Source: Alphaproteobacteria bacterium (GTDB lineage Bacteria > Pseudomonadota > Alphaproteobacteria > Bin95). Taken from it: a stretch of 64,000 bases of DNA. Positions 47,209 through 55,280 of this stretch are shown piece after piece. Both the position numbers and the translations under genes were made by a program. Below the pieces are notes generated by a model. The model had not been told where the DNA came from and did no database searches. It saw only the letters and a list, made by a program, of their open reading frames with translations. The DNA is taken from NCBI GenBank assembly GCA_965205265.1, contig CBDBGH010000003.1:3232001-3296000 (forward strand). Direction: 5' to 3'. Position 1 is the first letter of the stretch. The number at the start of each line of letters is the position of its first letter.

Positions 47209-47544
47209 TCACACGATCGCCGTGCCGACCAGGCCGGTGACGATGCCGGTGCCGGCCCCCGCGGCGATGCCGACGCCCACCGCGCCCATCAGCTGCATGG
47301 CGTTGAAGCGCAGCACCGAACCCACCAGCGCGGCCCCCACCGCCAGCGCCGCCGCCAGCTGGCCGCCGGTGCCCTCGACGATGTTCTCCACCGTCCCCAG
47401 CGGGCCCGCAAAGGTGCTGTCCGAGGCCGCCAGCGCCCCGTCCGCGCCCGCCAGCACGGCCGCTGCCGCCGCGAACGCCGTCAGCGTCCCGGCAGCGGCG
47501 GCAGGCGCCGCATCTCCGTTCGGCCGGGCCAGCCCCGCCGTCAC
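47209..47544 (-). CDS. traA: Conjugative pilin TraA
   Basis: Leader plus two hydrophobic helices; immediately upstream of traL; GTG overlaps upstream stop. Confidence 0.78.
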   Translation of the reverse strand: MTAGLARPNGDAAPAAAAGTLTAFAAAAAVLAGADGALAASDSTFAGPLGTVENIVEGTGGQLAAALAVGAALVGSVLRFNAMQLMGAVGVGIAAGAGTGIVTGLVGTAIV

Positions 47545-48242
47545 CGCCGCCTCCGGCCGCGCGGGCGGTCTTCCCGGTCGCCGTCGTCCGAGGTCGAGGT
47601 CCGGCGCCGTTCGGCGGCCCAGGCCACCAGATCGGCGCGCGCATAGCGGATGCGCGTCCCGAACCTGTGGAACGCCGGCCCCTGGCCGGTCACCCGGTAG
47701 CGGTCCAGCGTGCGGGGCGAGAGCCCCAGAAGGGCCGCGGCCTCCCGCGTCCCCATGTATTCCGGCAGTCCATCGTTCACCGCAGCGTCTCCTTCCCTGT
47801 CGTCTTCGGTTGTTCCGTCCGCCCCGCCGGCTCCGCCGTCCGCCAGGGCGGCGCGCATCGCCGCGCGCTCGGCCTGTGTGCAGCGGGCCGCCATCCAGCC
47901 CAGCACCCGGTCCGCGGTATCGAGCCGCGGCGACGAACCCCGGCGCAGCCGCGCAACGAAGGACGGGTCCCCCACCGCCTCGTGCCCCAGCACGTAGGGC
48001 TTGGTGCGCGTCGCCGCGACGAAGCCGTCGACCTCGGCCCGGAAGGCCGGTCCGACCGGCGCCGCACCGATGAAGGCGAGCACCCGGTCCGCGGTGTCGA
48101 GCCGCGGCATGCGCCCGCGCATCAGCCGGGAGACGAAGGACGGATCGCCCAGCGCCTCGATGCCGAGCCTTGCGGGCGCCGCGCCGGTGCGGTCGAGATA
48201 GGACCGCACGGCGTCGCGGAAACGGGTGGAAAGGGCGTTCAT
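47541..48242 (-). CDS. Regulator: two tandem Cro-like HTH repeats fused to an excisionase/AlpA-like HTH
   Basis: Internal repeat GDPSFV.RL.RG..PRLDTADRVL twice; C-terminal YMGTREAAALLGLSPRTLDRYRVTGQGPAF.RFG.RIRY. Confidence 0.75.
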   Translation of the reverse strand: MNALSTRFRDAVRSYLDRTGAAPARLGIEALGDPSFVSRLMRGRMPRLDTADRVLAFIGAAPVGPAFRAEVDGFVAATRTKPYVLGHEAVGDPSFVARLRRGSSPRLDTADRVLGWMAARCTQAERAAMRAALADGGAGGADGTTEDDREGDAAVNDGLPEYMGTREAAALLGLSPRTLDRYRVTGQGPAFHRFGTRIRYARADLVAWAAERRRTSTSDDGDREDRPRGRRRR

Positions 48243-48250
48243 GGCGAGGG

Positions 48251-48302
48251 AAGATAGGCGGGCGGATTGTCGTTGACAATCGTATCGTTTAGTGAATACG
48301 CT
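48251..48302. promoter_or_regulatory. Back-to-back sigma70-like promoters sharing a palindromic operator
   Basis: Palindrome GATTGTC-GTT-GACAATC 48265-48281; + strand TTGACA(48273)-N18-TACGCT; - strand TTGTCA-N17-TATCTT(48256-48251). Confidence 0.6.
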
Positions 48303-48346
48303 ATGCCATCGCCTGACAGGCGGCGACAGACCAGCGAGGCAGCCCC

Positions 48347-49060
48347 ATGGAACGCGACCCGGTACGACAGACAATCCGCGATCTCCTCTGGAAGCGCGGC
48401 ATGACCATGCGCGAGGCGTCGCTCGCCATCGGCCGCAACGTCTCCTACCTGCACGGTTTCCTCGAACGCGGGAGCCCCAGGGTGCTCTCCCACCGCGACG
48501 CCGAGACCCTCGCCGGCCTGCTCGGCTGCAAGGCGGACGCCCTGCACCACGCCGAACGCCCGGCCCGGCGCAAGGCAGCGGGGCCGAAGAAGCGGCGGCA
48601 GGAGACGGGGCAGGGGCCGGAACGGGGGCCGGTCCCGCTCGCCGCCATCCCCGAGGTCGATGTCGAGGCCTCGGCCGGACCCGGCGCGCTCGCCGGCGAG
48701 TACGTCGCCGAGCGTGCCCGCTGGTTCCTCCCCGATGGCATGATCCGCCACGAGGGCGGCGCCAGCCCCGGTGCCATCCGCGCGCTCCGCGTGCGCGGCG
48801 ACTCCATGGAACCCGAACTCTCGGAAGGCGACCGCCTGCTCGTCGACACCGCCCGCCGCGTCCCCGAAACCGGCGAGATGTTCGTCCTCTGGGACGGCGC
48901 CGGGCTCGTCGTCAAGCGCGTCGAGCGCCTGCCCGCCGGCGATGACGCCCCGCCCCGCCTGCGGCTGAAGTCGGCCAACCCCGGCTACGACGACTACACA
49001 TGCCTCGCCGACGAGGTCCACATCGTCGGAAAGGTCCTCTGGACCCTCAGACGGGTGTGA
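48347..49060 (+). CDS. CI/LexA-like repressor (HTH + S24 autopeptidase)
   Basis: HTH ASLAIGRNVSYLHGFL, Ala-Gly site ASAGPG, catalytic GDSMEP and VVKR, GKVLW. Confidence 0.9.
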   Translation: MERDPVRQTIRDLLWKRGMTMREASLAIGRNVSYLHGFLERGSPRVLSHRDAETLAGLLGCKADALHHAERPARRKAAGPKKRRQETGQGPERGPVPLAAIPEVDVEASAGPGALAGEYVAERARWFLPDGMIRHEGGASPGAIRALRVRGDSMEPELSEGDRLLVDTARRVPETGEMFVLWDGAGLVVKRVERLPAGDDAPPRLRLKSANPGYDDYTCLADEVHIVGKVLWTLRRV

Positions 49061-49166
49061 ACGCGGGCGGGTGCGCCATCCTTCCCGCCTTGCCGTTCAG
49101 CCGGCAGGCCGCGCACCCTCGGTGATGCTGCCGAGGCTGAAGGCCATCGCGCGGCCGGGGCGTTGC

Positions 49167-49240
49167 CTGGACAACAAGGCCGAGTACCGCTTCAGGCTCC
49201 GGGCGGTGAACAGCGCCGCCAGTGGCACGGCCACCGACCG
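49167..49240 (+). pseudogene. Possible fragment of a fibronectin type III domain
   Basis: LDNKAEYRFRLRAVNSAASG resembles the FN3 L....Y.F.VRAVN..G.G motif. Confidence 0.35.
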
Positions 49241-49484
49241 GGAAGCCTCAGCGCCAGGGCCGACGGCGATTTTCACCCCACATCCGTCGCCGTGGCGTCC
49301 CGGCATCGGGTTTCGCGTGCGGCGGTATCGCGCCCGCCGATCGTGCGCACGATATGGAGTTGTCGCCATCGGGCCCCGGGCCTTTGCCTGAAGCAGGACA
49401 GCGCAGGCGGCGCCGATGTCCGGGGCTATCGCGAAGCGGCGGCGGTCGCCGCGGAGATGCGCGCCGCGCCGGCGCGGCCGGCGG

Positions 49485-50690
49485 TCATGGCGCGGGACAC
49501 GGAGGATCGGTCTCGCCCGCCAGGTCGGCGCGGAGGCTCTCGGCGACGCGCGCCGCCGACGCCTTCACCGAATCGCGCGCGAGATGAGCGTAGCGCGCCG
49601 TGGTCTGCACCTTCCGATGGCCGAGCATCCGGCCGATCATCGGCAGGCTCTCGCCAAGCGCCAGGGCGCGCGAGGCAAAGCTGTGCCTGAGGTCATGGAT
49701 GCGGACGTCCTTCAGGTCCGCGCGGACCCGCACCGCGAGCCAGGCGTTGTTGAGGTTGCTGAGCCGCGCGCCCGGCCTCGCTCCGGAAATCACCCAGGGA
49801 TTGTCCGGCAGGCGCGGCATCCCGGCAAGCACGCGCCGCGCCGCCGGCGAGAGCGCGACCGAACGCGCGCCGGTCTTCGCGTCGCGCAACCTGATCTCGC
49901 CCGCCTCGAGGTCCACATCGGCCCAGCGCAGCGTCAGGACCTCGTTGCGCCGGCACCCGGTGAGCATCAGCAGGCGGAACGCCGCCACCGCGCTCGGATG
50001 CACCCTGCCCTCGGCCTCGACCGCGTCGAGCGTGCGCCCGAGGCGCCGGAACTCCTCATCGGAGAGGAAGCGCTCGCGGCTCTTCTCCCGATACTTGCGC
50101 ACGAACCGGCACGGATTGCCGCCCTCCGGCGCGATCCCCCACAGCTCGGCCATGCGGAAGAGGCGCGAGAGCATGTCCAGGACCCTGTTCGCCATCGCCG
50201 GCGTCTCGTGCAGGCTGTAGTGCAGCGCCGCGACGCGTTCGCGGCCGATCTCCCCGAGGCGCACCGGGCCGAGCGCGGGCAGCAGGTGCCTGTCCAGGAC
50301 ATGCCGGCACTGGCGCACCGTGGTCGGCTTGCAGCGCACCTTGACGTGCTCCGTCATGCAGCGCTCCGCCACCTCCGCGACCGTGGGGCCGGCGTCCGCC
50401 GGGGCCGCGCCGCCGTCGGGCGCCGGCTCCCTGCCGGCCTTGAGGTCGGCGATGATGCGCGCCGCCTTCGTCCGCGCCTGGTCCGCCGTCATCAGCCCGT
50501 GACGCCCGACGGTCAGCCGGCGCGACCTGCCGCCCGCCCGCGTCTGCACGAGGTAGACCTTCGAACCGCTCGGATACACGCGGACCCCGAAGCCCTGAAG
50601 CTTCGAATCCCAGTGGACCGTCTCCCGCTCGCCCACCGGCAGCGCCTCCACGGTCCGGCGCGAGATCCGCTGTGCGTTCAGCTTCGTCAT
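49485..50690 (-). CDS. Tyrosine recombinase/integrase 2 (arm-binding N-domain)
   Basis: WDSKLQGFGVRV, TGCRRNE, AKTG, HDLRHSFAS, LGH, TARYAH. Confidence 0.93.
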   Translation of the reverse strand: MTKLNAQRISRRTVEALPVGERETVHWDSKLQGFGVRVYPSGSKVYLVQTRAGGRSRRLTVGRHGLMTADQARTKAARIIADLKAGREPAPDGGAAPADAGPTVAEVAERCMTEHVKVRCKPTTVRQCRHVLDRHLLPALGPVRLGEIGRERVAALHYSLHETPAMANRVLDMLSRLFRMAELWGIAPEGGNPCRFVRKYREKSRERFLSDEEFRRLGRTLDAVEAEGRVHPSAVAAFRLLMLTGCRRNEVLTLRWADVDLEAGEIRLRDAKTGARSVALSPAARRVLAGMPRLPDNPWVISGARPGARLSNLNNAWLAVRVRADLKDVRIHDLRHSFASRALALGESLPMIGRMLGHRKVQTTARYAHLARDSVKASAARVAESLRADLAGETDPPCPAP

Positions 50691-50727
50691 CGTCCGCTCC
50701 CGGCTGTCCCCGTGTCCGTCGCGCCCG

Positions 50728-51912
50728 TCACGGATCCGCCCGCTCCGTGAGGATGTCGGCGCCGATGCTGTCGGCGACCCTCGCCGTCGAGGCCCGCACC
50801 GACTCCCGCGCGAGGTGCGCGTAGCGGGCCGTGGTGTCGATCTTCCGGTGACCGAGCAGTTCGCCGATCATGCTCAGGCTCTCGCCGAGCGCGAGCGCCC
50901 TGCTGGCGAAGCTGTGGCGCAGGTCGTGAAGGCGGACGCCGTCGAGGTCCGCGTGCCTGCGGATGCGGTCCCAGGCATCGTTGATGTTGGTCTGGTGAGT
51001 ACCCTTCTTCCGCCCCGGGAACACCCATGGATTGCCGGCGACGCGGGGCAGTGCCGCCAACACCGCCGCCGCCGCGGGCGGCATCGGCACGATGCGCGCG
51101 CCGGTCTTGCTGTCGGCGAACCGCATCTCGCCCGCCTCGAAGTCGAGGTCGTCCCAGGCCAGCCCCATGATCTCGTTGCGCCGGCACCCGGTCAGCACCA
51201 GCAACCGGATCGCCGCCGCCGAGTGACGGGAGGCGAGACGCTTCGCGGGGGCAATGTCGAGCGTGCGTCCGAGCCGTGCGAGTTCCCCGGACGTCAGGAA
51301 CCGCTCCTTCCGGGGGGCCACCTTGTAGCGGGGCACCGACCGGCATGGGTTGCGCCCCGGCGGACGCATCTCCCAGAGTTCCGCCATGTTGAACATCTTC
51401 ACCAGGATGTCGACGCAACGGTTCGCCACCGTCGGCATGCCGCTCAGACCGAACTGGAACGCGAGGATGTCCTTGCGCGCCACCTGCGACACGGGATGCG
51501 CTCCCAGGCCCGGCACGATGTGCTTCTTCAGCATCAGGCCGTAGTGCCTGATCGTATTCGGCTTGCAGTGCATGGCGACGTATTCGCGCTCGTAGCGCTC
51601 GGCCAGATCGGCCACGGTCGGCGCGGGTTCGGTCTCCGGCTCGACAGGCGGCAATCCGGCCTTGATGCGCGCAAGCAGCTTCGCCGCCTCCCTGCGCGCC
51701 TCGGCGGGCGCGATGTCCCCGTGCCGGCCCACGGTCGCGCGGACCGACCTGCCCTTCGCACGGGCCTGCGCCACATAGACCTTGCGCCCCGTGGGGTAGA
51801 CGCGAATCCCGAACCCCGGCAGTTCGCTGTCCCAGAACACGCCGTCCTTTCCGTTGACCGCGAGACGGTCCACGATACGCTTGGTAAGCGTTCGGTCCTG
51901 GCGTTCGGGCAT
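50728..51912 (-). CDS. Tyrosine recombinase/integrase 1 (arm-binding N-domain)
   Basis: WDSELPGFGIRV, TGCRRNE, SKTG, HDLRHSFAS, LGH, TARYAH. Confidence 0.93.
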   Translation of the reverse strand: MPERQDRTLTKRIVDRLAVNGKDGVFWDSELPGFGIRVYPTGRKVYVAQARAKGRSVRATVGRHGDIAPAEARREAAKLLARIKAGLPPVEPETEPAPTVADLAERYEREYVAMHCKPNTIRHYGLMLKKHIVPGLGAHPVSQVARKDILAFQFGLSGMPTVANRCVDILVKMFNMAELWEMRPPGRNPCRSVPRYKVAPRKERFLTSGELARLGRTLDIAPAKRLASRHSAAAIRLLVLTGCRRNEIMGLAWDDLDFEAGEMRFADSKTGARIVPMPPAAAAVLAALPRVAGNPWVFPGRKKGTHQTNINDAWDRIRRHADLDGVRLHDLRHSFASRALALGESLSMIGELLGHRKIDTTARYAHLARESVRASTARVADSIGADILTERADP

Positions 51913-52268
51913 GTCCTCGTTCCTACACCGGGGCGCGAAAGCGTTCGTTCAAGGTGTGACGATGATGAGGACGACGAGGCCAATTCCGTGGTTTGCCGGG
52001 CTTCGCCCGACTTCGCTCTGTGCCATCGTCCCCTCCATCAACGCATGACCGAACGCTTTCCCGGGGCGCCGGAAGCCGGTTCGGGCCCGGACGCGGGTCA
52101 CGTAAGCGGACCGAAAGCGACCGGCTGGAAATCGGGGCGCATTGAAGCGCATCCGGGGCAGGGATGCAAGGACGGAGATGGGCCACCAGACACACAAATA
52201 TAGAGAATTGACAATGGTTTATATCAGAAGAGCGCATCCAGGCGCATGCGAGGCAAGGTAGACAAAAA

Positions 52269-52700
52269 TTGAGTTGTCTTTTCGACACGAATGTGGCCTC
52301 CCAACTCATGCGCCCGGCCCCGGCCGTCGCCGTCGCGGCGTGGATTGCGGAGCGGGACGCCGGAGAGCTTTTCCTGACGGCGATCAGCGAAGCGGAACTC
52401 CTCTACGGCGTCGCCATCATGCCCGCCGGCAGGCGGCGAAACATGTTGGAAGCCGCCATGACCCGGTGGCTCGACCTCGGTTTCACCGGGCGAACCCTGC
52501 CCTTCGACAGCGCCGCCGCCCGCGCCTATGCGGAAATTGCTTCGGGCCGCCGCCGTGCCGGCCGGCCGATCGGCGAAGCCGATTGCCGGATCGCCGCCAT
52601 ATCCCGCTCGCGCGGCGCTATCCTGGTTACCCGCAATGTGCGGGATTTCGAAGAAACGGGCATCCATATCGTCGACCCCTGGTTGGATGCACGGGTTTGA
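52269..52700 (+). CDS. vapC: PIN-domain VapC/FitB-like toxin, no adjacent antitoxin
   Basis: FDTNV, ISEAEL, LPFD, ADCRIAAI, TRNVRDF, IVDPW. Confidence 0.85.
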   Translation: MSCLFDTNVASQLMRPAPAVAVAAWIAERDAGELFLTAISEAELLYGVAIMPAGRRRNMLEAAMTRWLDLGFTGRTLPFDSAAARAYAEIASGRRRAGRPIGEADCRIAAISRSRGAILVTRNVRDFEETGIHIVDPWLDARV

Positions 52701-53078
52701 CGATCCGCGCTGGACAGGACGAGACGGAGCGGGAAGAGGGTGGCTTCGGCTCTACAGGGACGGGGGTAGGAAGATAATGACCGCGTTGGGGGCATGTCGT
52801 TGGGGAATACTCAATGTTCTTGAGCCGTAGACGCAACATTACGAGTAAACGCACTTGTGTGGAGTGTGACAAGAGTATTCTGTATCAGGTCCAGAAGGCT
52901 GCCCATATGTTGCTCACTGTCGTTGACGGAAAGCACCTACACTATAGGGAGTTATAGCTATTGCGGCATTTAAGTGCCCTAGCTCTACTCGACGGGCATC
53001 GCGAAGGATGCTAACCTCTTCTGCCATGCGCCAAACACCAGGACAAAGTCAGCCACCATGGATAAAGGGTCAGCCAAC

Positions 53079-53693
53079 ATGAAATCACTTCTGCGTGTTG
53101 CTTGCGTGACGTTACCGATCTTTGCATTCTCGGTTGCCTATGCGCAGGAGGCTCAAGTTGAACAGATTCAAATATACAAAAATACAAAAGGAATCGTGTA
53201 CTTGAACGAAGCATTTCACATAAACGAAAAATCTGGCCCGGTTCAGGTAAGAAGAGTAGTAGCGCGCCATGTACCAGCCCAGACTGCTACGCTCGCAAAC
53301 GCATATTATGATACTCTTTTTCGATACTTGGAGGATGATGAGAAGGATAAGCTCCGACGATTGGCAAAGGAGACATTGACTATAACCATTGATGCGGAAG
53401 GTAAGGAAGTTGTGGCGGTAAAGTTCGGGATCATTGTTTATGATGCGTTTAAGGAATTTTTGGGTGGCTTAACTGGAGTTACCATGAATCCACCGAAGTT
53501 GGAAATGCAGTGGGAGTATAACCCTGCTTATTTGTTTAAATTTGAGAAGTTTGGCGTAGTGGGTGTGTATGTTCGACAGGCAAGACTGAAGGATGGTTCC
53601 ATTTGGAATTTTGATGAAGACCTCATAACCAGTAAATTATCCAAGAGATTGGGTGAAATCACAAAGGAACAAATTGTCGGTTCTGATAACTGA
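53079..53693 (+). CDS. Hypothetical exported protein, low GC
   Basis: Signal peptide MKSLLRV...AYA; 204-codon ORF in AT-rich DNA is unlikely by chance. Confidence 0.75.
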   Translation: MKSLLRVACVTLPIFAFSVAYAQEAQVEQIQIYKNTKGIVYLNEAFHINEKSGPVQVRRVVARHVPAQTATLANAYYDTLFRYLEDDEKDKLRRLAKETLTITIDAEGKEVVAVKFGIIVYDAFKEFLGGLTGVTMNPPKLEMQWEYNPAYLFKFEKFGVVGVYVRQARLKDGSIWNFDEDLITSKLSKRLGEITKEQIVGSDN

Positions 53694-53917
53694 ATCGACT
53701 GTACATTAACTTAGGATTTTTCTGTGACTGTAGCAACGCATCCGAACACTGCGAAGCCAGCTTCGGCTCGACGGAGCGGGTAGTCGAGGGTACAGACCCC
53801 CTGCCCGAAACGCCAGCTTCATGCCCCGAAGGACCAATCCGTATGAGCCATGTACATGGGCGGAACGGGCCCCGCCCCGATACAGCGGGCGCGGAGGCCG
53901 ACAGGGAAGGCGGGGCC

Positions 53918-54571
53918 GTGCTTGCAGTGGTGATCCCGACGCTGAACGCCGCCGCCGGGCTGCCGGGGGCGCTGGAGTCGCTCGGGCCGGGGCGGGCGCG
54001 GATCGCGGAGGTCGTGGTGGCGGACGGCGGCTCGACCGACGGCACGCGGGCCGCGGCGGAGGCCGGCGGGGCGCGCGTGGTCGCGGCGCCGCGGGGGCGG
54101 GGCAGCCAGCTTCGCGCGGGCGTGGCGGCCACGAGCGCGCCCCTTCTGCTGGTGCTCCATGCCGATTGCCGCCTCGGACCGGGCTGGCCGGAGGCGCTGC
54201 GGGAGGACGGGCAGGCCGGCTGGTTCCGCCTGCGCCTCGACGACCCCGCCCCGGCGGCGCGGCGCGTCGAGCGGCTGGCGAACTGGCGCGCCCGGCGCCT
54301 CGCCCTGCCCTATGGCGACCAGGGCCTCGTGCTGCCGCGCGCGCTCTATGACGCGGTCGGCGGCTACCGCGACATGCCGCTGATGGAGGATGTGGACCTT
54401 GTCCGGCGCATCGGCCGGGCCCGCCTCGCGGAACTGGACGCCGAAATTACCACCTCCGCCGCCCGCTACCGCCGCGACGGCTACTGGCGCCGGCCGCTGC
54501 GCAACCTCGCCTGCCTCTCGCTCTATTTCGCGGGCGTGGCGCCGGAGCGGATCCGGAGGCTCTACGGATGA
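53918..54571 (+). CDS. TIGR04283-type GT2 glycosyltransferase
   Basis: VVIPTLNAA, DGGSTDGT, GRGSQL, LHAD, LPYGDQGL, PLMEDV, TTSAARY. Confidence 0.88.
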   Translation: MLAVVIPTLNAAAGLPGALESLGPGRARIAEVVVADGGSTDGTRAAAEAGGARVVAAPRGRGSQLRAGVAATSAPLLLVLHADCRLGPGWPEALREDGQAGWFRLRLDDPAPAARRVERLANWRARRLALPYGDQGLVLPRALYDAVGGYRDMPLMEDVDLVRRIGRARLAELDAEITTSAARYRRDGYWRRPLRNLACLSLYFAGVAPERIRRLYG

Positions 54572-54617
54572 GGTCCGCCGGCATGCGGCGCAGCGCCCGG
54601 CGTCCCGACCCCCTTCC

Positions 54618-55220
54618 CGTCATGCCTCCATATCGTCATGCCTCCATATCGTCATGGCCGGTCCCATATCGTCATGGCCGGTCCCCATATCGTCATGCCC
54701 GGACTTGTTCCGAGCATCTCCCGCCACCGCCTCCACCGGGCGGCCGCATGGATACCCGGAACAAGTCCGGGTATGACGGAGAGGAGGCGTCCGGGTATGA
54801 CGGAGGGGGCTGCCCTAAGCCTGTCGAAGGAGCCTGTCCTGAGCTTGCCGAAGGGGGTTGCACGGCCGCTGGCCCCTCTCCCGACCTCTCCCCGCAGGCG
54901 GGGAGAGGAGATTTCATGGCGGCGCTCCATTCCGCCTGCCTTGCCTCCTCCCCCGCCTGCCCCGGATCGCAGTCCGGGGCCTGCGGGACGGCCTCTCATT
55001 TCTCCTCCCCCGCTTGCCCCGGATCGCAGTCCGGGGCTTGCGGGGGAGACCGGGTGGGGGGCCGCTTGCGCGTCAGCGCAAGCGGCGGGCGAAGCCCGGT
55101 GAAGGCCCCCCGGCTCGGAGGCCGGGGCAGGCTCGCCGGGAGGCCCTCCCCCGGCTCCTCCCGCAAGCGGGAGGGGGGCGATGGGGCAGACCTCCGCAGG
55201 CGGGAGGAGAGAAACGGGGC
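54618..55220. repeat. Cluster of several REP/MITE-like palindrome families and short tandem repeats
   Basis: CGTCATG..CCATAT x4; GTCATGCCCGGACTTGTTCC stem; CCT.AGC.TG.CGAAGG x2; CTCTCCCCGCAGGCGGGGAGAG; CCCGGATCGCAGTCCGGGG x2. Confidence 0.8.
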
Positions 55221-55280
55221 TGCGGGAGGGGGGCGAGGCAAGCCGCCGCCGAACGCGGGGCCCGCTTCGGACGCCCCGGC

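Larger units (their letters stand above)
23213..51963 (-). mobile_element. Putative integrative conjugative element (F-type T4SS, MOBF, two tyrosine integrases); ends uncertain
   Basis: Contiguous tra cluster plus relaxase, coupling protein, repressor and integrases; no rep/par genes seen. Confidence 0.75.

Noticed and set aside
24716-47646. Many long plus-strand and alternate-frame ORFs (up to about 1000 aa) over the tra region
   Set aside because: Arg/Pro/Gly-rich shadow frames expected at very high GC; the minus-strand tra genes explain the region
52134-52148. GGGGCGCATTGAAGC resembles the 3' half of the CRISPR repeat, suggesting the ICE integrated into the degenerate terminal repeat at 22969
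   Set aside because: Rejoining the halves needs several indels, and CGGGGCGC..GAAGC is part of a locally repeated motif (also near 51929 and 52062); terminal repeats commonly degenerate anyway
53819-53860. Minus-strand MYMAHTDW peptide as the missing upstream part of the deacetylase
   Set aside because: Only a few residues resemble the family and the preceding sequence does not; likely chance
49061-53917. tRNA or tmRNA integration target near the integrases
   Set aside because: No cloverleaf or T-loop GTTCGA..C...CCA pattern seen; no RNA gene could be supported anywhere in the window
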